From Tubulanus polymorphus (lineage: Eukaryota > Animalia > Nemertea), in NCBI RefSeq assembly GCF_964204645.1, contig NW_027437433.1, positions 1 to 64,000 of the forward strand: DNA of 64,000 bases. The letters are read 5' to 3'. Below the pieces are notes generated by a model. It saw nothing but the letters and a program-made list of their open reading frames with translations. It made no database searches and was not told where the DNA came from. This document shows, piece by piece, positions 21,501 through 36,500 of this stretch; within the stretch, counting starts at the first letter, position 1, and each line of letters opens with the position of its first letter. Position numbers and translations under genes: made by a program.

Positions 21501-24500
21501 CTGAAGATGATGGATTCAATCTGAAAAGATGGGTTAAGGCGTATTGAACTGATTTCAAATAGATAGGTGGAAAGAATCAGAATTTTCTGGCTGCTTTTGG
21601 TTCTAAAGATGATGGATTCAATCTGAAAAGATGGGTTAAGGCTTATTGAACTGATTTAAAATAGATAGGTGGAAAGAATCAGAATTTTCTGGCTGCTTTT
21701 GGTTCTGAAGATGATGGATTCAATCTGAAAAGATGGGTTAGGGCGTATTGAACTGATTTAAAATAGATAGGTGGAAAGAAACCGAATTTTCTGGCTGCTT
21801 TTGTTTCTAAAGATGATGGATCAATGTGAAAAGATGGGTTAAGGCGTATTGAACTGATTTCAAATAGATAGGTGGAAAGAAACAGAATTTTCTGGCTGCT
21901 TTTGGTTCTAAAGATGATGGATTCAATCTGAAAAGATGGGTTAAGGCTTATTGAACTGATTTCAAATAGATAGGTGGAAAGAATCAGAATTTTCTGGCTG
22001 CATTTGGTTCTGAAGATGATAGACTCGATCCGAAATGATAGGTTAAGGTAAACTGAACTTATTTCGAGTAGATGGGTTGAAAGATACAGATTTTTCTAGC
22101 TAAATATGGTTCTAAAGATGATGAATTCTATCTTTATTGATGGGTTTGGGTGTATTGAACTGATATCAAATAGATAGGTGGAAAGAATAAGAATTTTCTG
22201 GCTGCTTTTGGTTCTGAAGATGATGGATTCAATCTGAAAAGATGAGTAAAGGCGTATTGAACTGATTTCAAATAGATAGGTGGAAAGAAACAGAATTTTC
22301 TGGCTGCTTTTGGTTCTAAAGATGATGGATTCAATCTGAAAAGATGGGTTAAGGCTTATTGAACTGATTTAAAATAGATAGGTGGAAAGAATCAGAATTT
22401 TCTGGCTGCTTTTGGTTCTGAAGATGATGGATTCAATCTGAAAAAATGAGTAAAGGCGTATTGAACTGATTTCAAATAGATAGGTGGAAAGAAACAGAAT
22501 TTTCTGGCTGCTTTTGGTTCTGAAGATGATGGATTCAATCTGAAAAGATGAGTAAAGGCGTATTGAACTGATTTCAAATAGATAGGTGGAAAGAAACAGA
22601 ATTTTCTGGCTGCTTTTGGTTCAAAAGATGATGGATTCAATCTGAAAAGATGAGTAAAGGCGTATTGAACTGATTTCAAATAGATAGGTGGAAAGAAACA
22701 GAATTTTCTGGCTGCTTTTGGTTCTAAAGATGATGGATTCAATCTGAAAAGATGAGTAAAGGCGTATTGAACTGATTTCAAATAGATAGGTGGAAAGAAA
22801 CAGAATTTTCTGGCTGCTTTTGGTTCTAAAGATGATGGATTCAATCTGAAAAGATGAGTAAAGGCGTATTGAACTGATTTAAAATAGATAGGTGGAAAGA
22901 ATCAGAATTTTCTGGCTGCATTTGGTTCTGAAGATGATAGACTCGATCCGAAATGATAGGTTAAGGTAAACTGAACTTATTTCGAGTAGATGGGTTGAAA
23001 GATACAGATTTTTCTAGCTAAATATGGTTCTAAAGATGATGAATTCTATCTTAATTGATGGGTTTGGGTGTATTGAACTGATATCAAATAGATAGGTGGA
23101 AAGAATAAGAATTTTCTGGCTGCTTTTGGTTCTGAAGATGATGGATTCAATCTGAAAAGATGAGTAAAGGCGTATTGAACTGATTTCAAATAGATAGGTG
23201 GAAAGAAACAGAATTTTCTGGCTGCTTTTGGTTCTAAAGATGATGGATTCAATCTGAAAAGATGGGTTAAGGCTTATTGAACTGATTTAAAATAGATAGG
23301 TGGAAAGAATCAGAATTTTCTGGCTGCTTTTGGTTCTGAAGATGATGGATTCAATCTGAAAAAATGGGTTAAGGCGTATTGAACTGATTTCAAATAGATA
23401 GGTGGAAAGAAACCGAATTTTCTGGCCTCTTTTGGTTCTAAAGATGATGGATTCAATCTGAAAAGATGGGTTAAGGCTTATTGAACTGATTTCAAATAGA
23501 TAGGTGGAAAGAATCAGAATTTTCTGGCTGCATTTGGTTCTGAAGATGATAGACTCGATCCGAAATGATAGGTTAAGGTAAACTGAACTTATTTCGAGTA
23601 GATGGGTTGAAAGATACAGATTTTTCTAGCTAAATATGGTTCTAAAGATGATGAATTATAACTTAATTGATGGGTTTGGGTGTATTGAACTGATATCAAA
23701 TAGATAGGTGGAAAGAATAAGAATTTTCTGGCTGCTTTTGGTTCTGAAGATGATGGATTCAATCTGAAAAGATGAGTAAAGGCGTATTGAACTGATTTCA
23801 AATAGATAGGTGGAAAGAAACAGAATTTTCTGGCTGCTTTTGGTTCTAAAGATGATGGATTCAATCTGAAAAGATGGGTTAAGGCTTATTGAACTGATTT
23901 AAAATAGATAGGTGGAAAGAATCAGAATTTTCTGGCTGCTTTTGGTTCTGAAGATGATGGATTCAATCTGAAAAGATGGGTTAAGGCGTATTGAACTGAT
24001 TTCAAATAGATAGGTGGAAAGAAACCGAATTTTCTGGCTGCTTTTGTTTCTAAAGATGATGGATCAATGTGAAAAGATGGGTTAAGGCGTATTGAACTGA
24101 TTTCAAATAGATGGGTGGAAAGAAACCGAATTTTCTGGCTGCTTTTGGTTCTAAAGATGACGGATTCAATCTGAAAAGATGGGTTAAGGCTTATTGAACT
24201 GATTTCAAATAGATAGGTGGAAAGAATCAGAATTTTCTGGCTGCATTTGGTTCTGAAGATGATAGACTCGATCCGAAATGATAGGTTAAGGTAAACTGAA
24301 CTTATTTCGAGTAGATGGGTTGAAAGATACAGATTTTTCTAGCTAAATATGGTTCTAAAGATGATGAATTATAACTTAATTGATGGGTTTGGGTGTATTG
24401 AACTGATATCAAATAGATAGGTGGAAAGAATAAGAATTTTCTGGCTGCTTTTGGTTCTGAAGATGATGGATTCAATCTGAAAAGATGAGTAAAGGCGTAT

Positions 24501-27500
24501 TGAACTGATTTCAAATAGATAGGTGGAAAGAAACAGAATTTTCTGGCTGCTTTTGGTTCTAAAGATGATGGATTCAATCTGAAAAGATGGGTTAAGGCTT
24601 ATTGAACTGATTTAAAATAGATAGGTGGAAAGAATCAGAATTTTCTGGCTGCTTTTGGTTCTGAAGATGATGGATTCAATCTGAAAAGATGGGTTAAGGC
24701 GTATTGAACTGATTTCAAATAGATAGGTGGAAAGAAACCGAATTTTCTGGCTGCTTTTGTTTCTAAAGATGATGGATCAATGTGAAAAGATGGGTTAAGG
24801 CGTATTGAACTGATTTCAAATAGATAGGTGGAAAGAAACAGAATTTTCTGGCTGCTTTTGGTTCTAAAGATGATGGATTCAATCTGAAAAGATGGGTTAA
24901 GGCTTATTGAACTGATTTCAAATAGAAAGGTGGAAAGAATCAGAATTTTCTGGCTGCATTTGGTCCTGAAGATGATAGACTCGATCCGAAATGATAGGTT
25001 AAGGTAAACTGAACTTATTTCGAGTAGATGGGTTGAAAGATTCAGATTTTTCTAGCTAAATATGGTTCTAAAGATGATGAATTCTATCTTAATTGATGGG
25101 TTTGGGTGTATTGAACTGATATCAAATAGATAGGTGGAAAGAATAAGAATTTTCTGGCTGCTTTTGGTTCTGAAGATGATGGATTCAATCTGAAAAGATG
25201 AGTAAAGGCGTATTGAACTGATTTCAAATAGATAGGTGGAAAGAAACCGAATTTTCTGGCTGCTTTTGGTTCTGAAGATGATGGATTCAATCTGAAAAGA
25301 TGAGTAAAGGCGTATTGAACTGATTTCAAATAGATAGGTGGAAAGAAACAGAATTTTCTGGCTGCATTTGGTTCTAAAGATGATGGATTCAATCTGAAAA
25401 GATGAGTAAAGGCGTATTGAACTGATTTAAAATAGATAGGTGGAAAGAATCAGAATTTTCTGGCTGCATTTGGTTCTGAAGATGATAGACTCGATCCGAA
25501 ATGATAGGTTAAGGTAAACTGAACTTATTTCGAGTAGATGGGTTGAAAGATACAGATTTTTCTAGCTAAATATGGTTCTAAAGATGATGAATTCTATCTT
25601 AATTGATGGGTTTGGGTGTATTGAACTGATATCAAATAGATAGGTGGAAAGAATAAGAATTTTCTGGCTGCTTTTGGTTCTGAAGATGATGGATTCAATC
25701 TGAAAAGATGAGTAAAGGCGTATTGAACTGATTTCAAATAGATAGGTGGAAAGAAACAGAATTTTCTGGCTGCTTTTGGTTCTAAAGATGATGGATTCAA
25801 TCTGAAAAGATGAGTAAAGGCGTATTGAACTGATTTCAAATAGATAGGTGGAAAGAAACAGAATTTTCTGGCTGCTTTTGGTTCTAAAGATGATGGATTC
25901 AATCTGAAAAGATGGGTTAAGGCTTATTGAACTGATTTCAAATATATAGGTGGAAAGAAACAGAATTTTCTGGCTGCTTTTGGTTCTAAAGATGATGGAT
26001 TCAATCTGAAAAGATGGGTTAAGGCTTATTGAACTGATTTAAAATAGATAGGTGGAAAGAATCAGAATTTTCTGGCTGCTTTTGGTTCTGAAGATGATGG
26101 ATTCAATCTGAAAAGATGGGTTAAGGCGTATTGAACTGATTTCAAATAGATAGGTGGAAAGAAACCGAATTTTCTGGCTGCTTTTGTTTCTAAAGATGAT
26201 GGATCAATGTGAAAAGATGGGTTAAGGCGTATTGAACTGATTTCAAATAGATAGGTGGAAAGAAACAGAATTTTCTGGCTGCTTTTGGTTCTAAAGATGA
26301 TGGATTCAATCTGAAAAGATGGGTTAAGGCTTATTGAACTGATTTCAAATAGAAAGGTGGAAAGAATCAGAATTTTCTGGCTGCATTTGGTCCTGAAGAT
26401 GATAGACTCGATCCGAAATGATAGGTTAAGGTAAACTGAACTTATTTCGAGTAGATGGGTTGAAAGATACAGATTTTTCTAGCTAAATATGGTTCTAAAG
26501 ATGATGAATTATAACTCAATTGATGGGTTTGGGTGTATTGAACTGATATCAAATAGATAGGTGGAAAGAATAAGAATTTTCTGGCTGCTTTTGGTTCTGA
26601 AGATGATGGATTCAATCTGAAAAGATGAGTAAAGGCGTATTGAACTGATTTCAAATAGATAGGTGGAAAGAAACAGAATTTTCTGGCTGCTTTTGGTTCT
26701 AAAGATGATGGATTCAATCTGAAAAGATGGGTTAAGGCTTATTGAACTGATTTCAAATAGATAGGTGGAAAGAATCAGAATTTTCTGGCTGCATTTGGTT
26801 CTGAAGATGATAGACTCGATCCAAAATGATAGGTTAAGGTAAACTGAACTTATTTCGAGTAGATGGGTTGTAAGATACAGATTTTTCTAGCTAAATATGG
26901 TTCTAAAGATGATGAATTCTATCTTAATTGATGGGTTTGGGTGTATTGAACTGATATCAAATAGATAGGTGGAAAGAATAAGAATTTTCTGGCTGCTTTT
27001 GGTTCTGAAGATGATGGATTCAATCTGAAAAGATGAGTAAAGGCGTATTGAACTGATTTCAAATAGATAGGTGGAAAGAAACCGAATTTTCTGGCTGCTT
27101 TTGGTTCTAAAGATGATGGATTCAATCTGAAAAGATGGGTTAAGGCTTATTGAACTGATTTCAAATAGATAGGTTGAAAGAATCAGAATTTTCTGGCTGC
27201 ATTTGGTTCTGAAGATGATAGACTCGATCCGAAATGATAGGTTAAGGTAAACTGAACTTATTTCGAGTAGATGGTTTGAAAGATACAGATTTTTCTAGCT
27301 AAATATGGTTCTAAAGATGATGAATTCTATCTTAATTGATGGGTTTGGGTGTATTGAACTGATATCAAATAGATAGGTGGAAAGAATAAGAATTTTCTGG
27401 CTGCTTTTGGTTCTAAAGATGATGGATTCAATCTGAAAAGATGGGTTAAGGCTTATTGAACTGATTTCAAATAGATAGGTGGAAAGAAACAGAATTTTCT

Positions 27501-30500
27501 GGCTGCTTTTGGTTCTAAAGATGATGGATTCAATCTGAAAAGATGAGTAAAGGCGTATTGAACTGATTTCAAATAGATAGGTGGAAAGAAACAGAATTTT
27601 CTGGCTGCTTTTGGTTCAAAAGATGATGGATTCAATCTGAAAAGATGAGTAAAGGCGTATTGAACTGATTTCAAATAGATAGGTGGAAAGAAACAGAATT
27701 TTCTGGCTGCTTTTGGTTATAAAGATGATGGATTCAATCTGAAAAGATGAGTAAAGGCGTATCGAACTGATTTCAAATAGATAGGTGGAAAGAAACAGAA
27801 TTTTCTGGCTGCTTTTGGTTCTAAAGATGATGGATTCAATCTGAAAAGATGGGTTAAGGCTTATTGAACTGATTTAAAATAGATAGGTGGAAAGAATCAG
27901 AATTTTCTGGCTGCTTTTGGTTCTGAAGATGATGGATTCAATCTGAAAAGATGGGTTAAGGCGTATTGAACTGATTTCAAATAGATAGGTGGAAAGAAAC
28001 AGAATTTTCTGGCTGCTTTTGGTTCTAAAGATGATGGATTCAATCTGAAAAGATGAGTAAAGGCGTATTGAACTGATTTCAAATAGATAGGTGGAAAGAA
28101 ACAGAATTTTCTGGCTGCTTTTGGTTCTAAAGATGATGGATTCAATCTGAAAAGATGAGTAAAGGCGTATTGAACTGATTTAAAATAGATAGGTGGAAAG
28201 AATCAGAATTTTCTGGCTGCATTTGGTTCTGAAGATGATAGACTCGATCCGAAATGATAGGTTAAGGTAAACTGAACTTATTTCGAGTAGATGGGTTGAA
28301 AGATACAGATTTTTCTAGCTAAATATGGTTCTAAAGATGATGAATTCTATCTTAATTGATGGGTTTGGGTGTATTGAACTGATATCAAATAGATAGGTGG
28401 AAAGAATAAGAATTTTCTGGCTGCTTTTGGTTCTGAAGATGATGGATTCAATCTGAAAAGATGAGTAAAGGCGTATTGAACTGATTTCAAATAGATAGGT
28501 GGAAAGAAACAGAATTTTCTGGCTGCTTTTGGTTCAAAAGATGATGGATTCAATCTGAAAAGATGAGTAAAGGCGTATTGAACTGATTTCAAATAGATAG
28601 GTGGAAAGAAACAGAATTTTCTGGCTGCTTTTGGTTATAAAGATGATGGATTCAATCTGAAAAGATGGGTTAAGGCTTATTGAACTGATTTAAAATAGAT
28701 AGGTGGAAAGAATCAGAATTTTCTGGCTGCATTTGGTTCTGAAGATGATAGACTCGATCCGAAATGATAGGTTAAGGTAAACTGAACTTATTTCGAGTAG
28801 ATGGGTTGAAAGATACAGATTTTTCTAGCTAAATATGGTTCTAAAGATGATGAATTATAACTTAATTGATGGGTTTGGGTGTATTGAACTGATATCAAAT
28901 AGATAGGTGGAAAGAATAAGAATTTTCTGCCTGCTTTTGGTTCTGAAGATGATGGATTCAATCTGAAAAGATGAGTAAAGGCGTATTGAACTGATTTCAA
29001 ATAGATAGGTGGAAAGAAACAGAATTTTCTGGCTGCTTTTGGTTCTAAAGATGATGGATTCAATCTGAAAAGATGAGTAAAGGCGTATTGAACTGATTTC
29101 AAATAGATAGGTGGAAAGAAACAGAATTTTCTGGCTGCTTTTGGTTCTAAAGATGATGGATTCAATCTGAAAAGATGAGTAAAGGCGTATTGAACTGATT
29201 TAAAATAGATAGGTGGAAAGAATCAGAATTTTCTGGCTGCATTTGGTTCTGAAGATGATAGACTCGATCCGAAATGATAGGTTAAGGTAAACTGAACTTA
29301 TTTCGAGTAGATGGGTTGAAAGATACAGATTTTTCTAGCTAAATATGGTTCTAAAGATGATGAATTCTATCTTTATTGATGGGTTTGGGTGTATTGAACT
29401 GATATCAAATAGATAGGTGGAAAGAATAAGAATTTTCTGGCTGCTTTTGGTTCTGAAGATGATGGATTCAATCTGAAAAGATGGGTTAAGGCTTATTGAA
29501 CTGATTTCAAATAGATAGGTGGAAAGAAACAGAATTTTCTGGCTGCTTTTGGTTCTAAAGATGATGGATTCAATCTGAAAAGATGAGTAAAGGCGTATTG
29601 AACTGATTTAAAATAGATAGGTGGAAAGAATCAGAATTTTCTGGCTGCATTTGGTTCTGAAGATGATAGACTCGATCCGAAATGATAGGTTAAGGTAAAC
29701 TGAACTTATTTCGAGTAGATGGGTTGAAAGATACAGATTTTTCTAGCTAAATATGGTTCTAAAGATGATGAATTATAACTTAATTGATGGGTTTGGGTGT
29801 ATTGAACTGATATCAAATAGATAGGTGGAAAGAATAAGAATTTTCTGGCTGCTTTTGGTTCTGAAGATGATGGATTCAATCTGAAAAGATGAGTAAAGGC
29901 GTATTGAACTGATTTCAAATAGATAGGTGGAAAGAAACAGAATTTTCTGGCTGCTTTTGGTTCAAAAGATGATGGATTCAATCTGAAAAGATGAGTAAAG
30001 GCGTATTGAACTGATTTCAAATAGATAGGTGGAAAGAAACAGAATTTTCTGGCTGCTTTTGGTTCTAAAGATGATGGATTCAATCTGAAAAGATGAGTAA
30101 AGGCGTATTGAACTGATTTAAAATAGATAGGTGGAAAGAATCAGAATTTTCTGGCTGCATTTGGTTCTGAAGATGATAGACTCGATCCGAAATGATAGGT
30201 TAAGGTAAACTGAACTTATTTCGAGTAGATGGGGTGAAAGATACAGATTTTTCTAGCTAAATATGGTTCTAAAGATGATGAATTCTATCTTAATTGATGG
30301 GTTTGGGTGTATTGAACTGATATCAAATAGATAGGTGGAAAGAATAAGAATTTTCTGGCTGCTTTTGGTTCTGAAGATGATGGATTCAATCTGAAAAGAT
30401 GAGTAAAGGCGTATTGAACTGATTTCAAATAGATAGGTGGAAAGAAACAGAATTTTCTGGCTGCTTTTGGTTCTAAAGATGATGGATTCAATCTGAAAAG

Positions 30501-33500
30501 ATGGGTTAAGGCTTATTGAACTGATTTCAAATAGATAGGTGGAAAGAAACAGAATTTTCTGGCTGCTTTTGGTTCTAAAGATGATGGATTCAATCTGAAA
30601 AGATGGGTTAAGGCTTATTGAACTGATTTAAAATAGATAGGTGGAAAGAAACCGAATTTTCTGGCTGCTTTTGTTTCTAAAGATGATGGATCAATGTGAA
30701 AAGATGGGTTAAGGCGTATTGAACTGATTTCAAATAGATAGGTGGAAAGAAACAGAATTTTCTGGCTGCTTTTGGTTCTAAAGATGATGGATTCAATCTG
30801 AAAAGATGGGTTAAGGCTTATTGAACTGATTTAAAATAGATAGGTGGAAAGAATCAGAATTTTCTGGCTGCTTTTGGTTCTGAAGATGATGGATTCAATC
30901 TGAAAAGATGGGTTAAGGCGTATTGAACTGATTTCAAATAGATAGGTGGAAAGAAACCGAATTTTCTGGCTGCTTTTGTTTCTAAAGATGATGGATCAAT
31001 GTGAAAAGATGGGTTAAGGCGTATTGAACTGATTTCAAATAGATAGGTGGAAAGAAACAGAATTTTCTGGCTGCTTTTGGTTCTAAAGATGATGGATTCA
31101 ATCTGAAAAGATGGGTTAAGGCTTATTGAACTGATTTCAAATAGATAGGTGGAAAGAAACAGAATTTTCTGGCTGCATTTGGTCCTGAAGATGATAGACT
31201 CGATCCGAAATGATAGGTTAAGGTAAACTGAACTTATTTCGAGTAGATGGGTTGAAAGATACAGATTTTTCTAGCTAAATATGGTTCTAAAGATGATGAA
31301 TTATAACTCAATTGATGGGTTTGGGTGTATTGAACTGATATCAAATAGATAGGTGGAAAGAATAAGAATTTTCTGGCTGCTTTTGGTTCTGAAGATGATG
31401 GATTCAATCTGAAAAGATGAGTAAAGGCGTATTGAACTGATTTCAAATAGATAGGTGGAAAGAAACAGAATTTTCTGGCTGCTTTTGGTTCTAAAGATGA
31501 TGGATTCAATCTGAAAAGATGGGTTAAGGCTTATTGAACTGATTTCAAATAGATAGGTGGAAAGAATCAGAATTTTCTGGCTGCATTTGGTTCTGAAGAT
31601 GATAGACTCGATCCGAAATGATAGGTTAAGGTAAACTGAACTTATTTCGAGTAGATGGGTTGAAAGATACAGATTTTTCTAGCTAAATATGGTTCTAAAG
31701 ATGATGAATTCTATCTTAATTGATGGGTTTGGGTGTATTGAACTGATATCAAATAGATAGGTGGAAAGAATAAGAATTTTCTGGCTGCTTTTGGTTCTGA
31801 AGATGATGGATTCAATCTGAAAAGATGAGTAAAGGCGTATTGAACTGATTTCAAATAGATAGGTGGAAAGAAACCGAATTTTCTGGCTGCTTTTGGTTCT
31901 GAAGATGATGGATTCAATCTGAAAAGATGAGTAAAGGCGTATTGAACTGATTTCAAATAGATAGGTGGAAAGAAACAGAATTTTCTGGCTGCTTTTGGTT
32001 CTAAAGATGATGGATTCAATCTGAAAAGATGAGTAAAGGCGTATTGAACTGATTTCAAATAGATAGGTGGAAAGAAACAGAATTTTCTGGCTGCTTTTGG
32101 TTCTAAAGATGATGGATTCAATCTGAAAAGATGAGTAAAGGCGTATTGAACTGATTTAAAATAGATAGGTGGAAAGAATCAGAATTTTCTGGCTGCATTT
32201 GGTTCTGAAGATGATAGACTCGATCCGAAATGATAGGTTAAGGTAAACTGAACTTATTTCGAGTAGATGGGTTGAAAGATACAGATTTTTCTAGCTAAAT
32301 ATGGTTCTAAAGATGATGAATTCTATCTTAATTGATGGGTTTGGGTGTATTGAACTGATATCAAATAGATAGGTGGAAAGAATAAGAATTTTCTGGCTGC
32401 TTTTGGTTCTGAAGATGATGGATTCAATCTGAAAAGATGAGTAAAGGCGTATTGAACTGATTTCAAATAGATAGGTGGAAAGAAACAGAATTTTCTGGCT
32501 GCTTTTGGTTCTAAAGATGATGGATTCAATCTGAAAAGATGAGTAAAGGCGTATTGAACTGATTTCAAATAGATAGGTGGAAAGAAACAGAATTTTCTGG
32601 CTGCATTTGGTTCTAAAGATGATGGATTCAATCTGAAAAGATGAGTAAAGGCGTATTGAACTGATTTAAAATAGATAGGTGGAAAGAATCAGAATTTTCT
32701 GGCTGCATTTGGTTCTGAAGATGATAGACTCGATCCGAAATGATAGGTTAAGGTAAACTGAACTTATTTCGAGTAGATGGGTTGAAAGATACATATTTTT
32801 CTAGCTAAATATGGTTCTAAAGATGATGAATTCTATCTTAATTGATGGGTTTGGGTGTATTGAACTGATATCAAATAGATAGGTGGAAAGAATAAGAATT
32901 TTCTGGCTGCATTTGGTTCTAAAGATGATGGATTCAATCTGAAAAGATGGGTTAAGGCGTATTGAACTGATTTCAAATAGATAGGTGGAAAGAAACCGAA
33001 TTTTCTGGCTGCTTTTGTTTCTAAAGATGATGGATCAATGTGAAAAGATGGGTTAAGGCGTATTGAACTGATTTCAAATAGATAGGTGGAAAGAAACAGA
33101 ATTTTCTGGCTGCTTTTGGTTCTAAAGATGATGGATTCAATCTGAAAAGATGGGTTAAGGCTTATTGAACTGATTTCAAATAGAAAGGTGGAAAGAATCA
33201 GAATTTTCTGGCTGCATTTGGTCCTGAAGATGATAGACTCGATCCGAAATGATAGGTTAAGGTAAACTGAACTTATTTCGAGTAGATGGGTTGAAAGATT
33301 CAGATTTTTCTAGCTAAATATGGTTCTAAAGATGATGAATTCTATCTTAATTGATGGGTTTGGGTGTATTGAACTGATATCAAATAGATAGGTGGAAAGA
33401 ATAAGAATTTTCTGGCTGCTTTTGGTTCTGAAGATGATGGATTCAATCTGAAAAGATGGGTTAAGGCTTATTGAACTGATTTCAAATAGATAGGTGGAAA

Positions 33501-36500
33501 GAATCAGAATTTTCTGGCTGCATTTGGTTCTGAAGATGATAGACTCGATCCGAAATGATAGGTTAAGGTAAACTGAACTTATTTCGAGTAGATGGGTTGA
33601 AAGATACAGATTTTTCTAGCTAAATATGGTTCTAAAGATGATGAATTATAACTTAATTGATGGGTTTGGGTGTATTGAACTGATATCAAATAGATAGGTG
33701 GAAAGAATAAGAATTTTCTGGCTGCTTTTGGTTCTGAAGATGATGGATTCAATCTGAAAAGATGAGTAAAGGCGTATTGAACTGATTTCAAATAGATAGG
33801 TGGAAAGAAACAGAATTTTCTGGCTGCTTTTGGTTCTAAAGATGATGGATTCAATCTGAAAAGATGGGTTAAGGCTTATTGAACTGATTTAAAATAGATA
33901 GGTGGAAAGAATCAGAATTTTCTGGCTGCTTTTGGTTCTGAAGATGATGGATTCAATCTGAAAAGATGGGTTAAGGCGTATTGAACTGATTTCAAATAGA
34001 TAGGTGGAAAGAAACCGAATTTTCTGGCTGCTTTTGTTTCTAAAGATGATGGATCAATGTGAAAAGATGGGTTAAGGCGTATTGAACTGATTTCAAATAG
34101 ATAGGTGGAAAGAAACAGAATTTTCTGGCTGCTTTTGGTTCTAAAGATGATGGATTCAATCTGAAAAGATGGGTTAAGGCTTATTGAACTGATTTCAAAT
34201 AGAAAGGTGGAAAGAATCAGAATTTTCTGGCTGCATTTGGTCCTGAAGATGATAGACTCGATCCGAAATGATAGGTTAAGGTAAACTGAACTTATTTCGA
34301 GTAGATGGGTTGAAAGATTCAGATTTTTCTAGCTAAATATGGTTCTAAAGATGATGAATTCTATCTTAATTGATGGGTTTGGGTGTATTGAACTGATATC
34401 AAATAGATAGGTGGAAAGAATAAGAATTTTCTGGCTGCTTTTGGTTCTGAAGATGATGGATTCAATCTGAAAAGATGAGTAAAGGCGTATTGAACTGATT
34501 TCAAATAGATAGGTGGAAAGAAACCGAATTTTCTGGCTGCTTTTGGTTCTGAAGATGATGGATTCAATCTGAAAAGATGAGTAAAGGCGTATTGAACTGA
34601 TTTCAAATAGATAGGTGGAAAGAAACAGAATTTTCTGGCTGCTTTTGGTTCTAAAGATGATGGATTCAATCTGAAAAGATGAGTAAAGGCGTATTGAACT
34701 GATTTAAAATAGATAGGTGGAAAGAATCAGAATTTTCTGGCTGCATTTGGTTCTGAAGATGATAGACTCGATCCGAAATGATAGGTTAAGGTAAACTGAA
34801 CTTATTTCGAGTAGATGGGTTGAAAGATACAGATTTTTCTAGCTAAATATGGTTCTAAAGATGATGAATTCTATCTTAATTGATGGGTTTGGGTGTATTG
34901 AACTGATATCAAATAGATAGGTGGAAAGAATAAGAATTTTCTGGCTGCTTTTGGTTCTGAAGATGATGGATTCAATCTGAAAAGATGAGTAAAGGCGTAT
35001 TGAACTGATTTCAAATAGATAGGTGGAAAGAAACAGAATTTTCTGGCTGCTTTTGGTTCTAAAGATGATGGATTCAATCTGAAAAGATGAGTAAAGGCGT
35101 ATTGAACTGATTTCAAATAGATAGGTGGAAAGAAACAGAATTTTCTGGCTGCTTTTGGTTCTAAAGATGATGGATTCAATCTGAAAAGATGAGTAAAGGC
35201 GTATTGAACTGATTTAAAATAGATAGGTGGAAAGAATCAGAATTTTCTGGCTGCATTTGGTTCTGAAGATGATAGACTCGATCCGAAATGATAGGTTAAG
35301 GTAAACTGAACTTATTTCGAGTAGATGGGTTGAAAGATACAGATTTTTCTAGCTAAATATGGTTCTAAAGATGATGAATTCTATCTTAATTGATGGGTTT
35401 GGGTGTATTGAACTGATATCAAATAGATAGGTGGAAAGAATAAGAATTTTCTGGCTGCTTTTGGTTCTGAAGATGATGGATTCAATCTGAAAAGATGAGT
35501 AAAGGCGTATTGAACTGATTTCAAATAGATAGGTGGAAAGAAACAGAATTTTCTGGCTGCTTTTGGTTCTAAAGATGATGGATTCAATCTGAAAAGATGG
35601 GTTAAGGCTTATTGAACTGATTTCAAATAGAAAGGTGGAAAGAATCAGAATTTTCTGGCTGCATTTGGTCCTGAAGATGATAGACTCGATCCGAAATGAT
35701 AGGTTAAGGTAAACTGAACTTATTTCGAGTAGATGGGTTGAAAGATTCAGATTTTTCTAGCTAAATATGGTTCTAAAGATGATGAATTCTATCTTAATTG
35801 ATGGGTTTGGGTGTATTGAACTGATATCAAATAGATAGGTGGAAAGAATAAGAATTTTCTGGCTGCTTTTGGTTCTGAAGATGATGGATTCAATCTGAAA
35901 AGATGGGTTAAGGCTTATTGAACTGATTTCAAATAGATAGGTGGAAAGAATCAGAATTTTCTGGCTGCATTTGGTTCTGAAGATGATAGACTCGATCCGA
36001 AATGATAGGTTAAGGTAAACTGAACTTATTTCGAGTAGATGGGTTGAAAGATACAGATTTTTCTAGCTAAATATGGTTCTAAAGATGATGAATTATAACT
36101 TAATTGATGGGTTTGGGTGTATTGAACTGATATCAAATAGATAGGTGGAAAGAATAAGAATTTTCTGGCTGCTTTTGGTTCTGAAGATGATGGATTCAAT
36201 CTGAAAAGATGAGTAAAGGCGTATTGAACTGATTTCAAATAGATAGGTGGAAAGAAACAGAATTTTCTGGCTGCTTTTGGTTCTAAAGATGATGGATTCA
36301 ATCTGAAAAGATGGGTTAAGGCTTATTGAACTGATTTAAAATAGATAGGTGGAAAGAATCAGAATTTTCTGGCTGCTTTTGGTTCTGAAGATGATGGATT
36401 CAATCTGAAAAGATGGGTTAAGGCGTATTGAACTGATTTCAAATAGATAGGTGGAAAGAAACCGAATTTTCTGGCTGCTTTTGTTTCTAAAGATGATGGA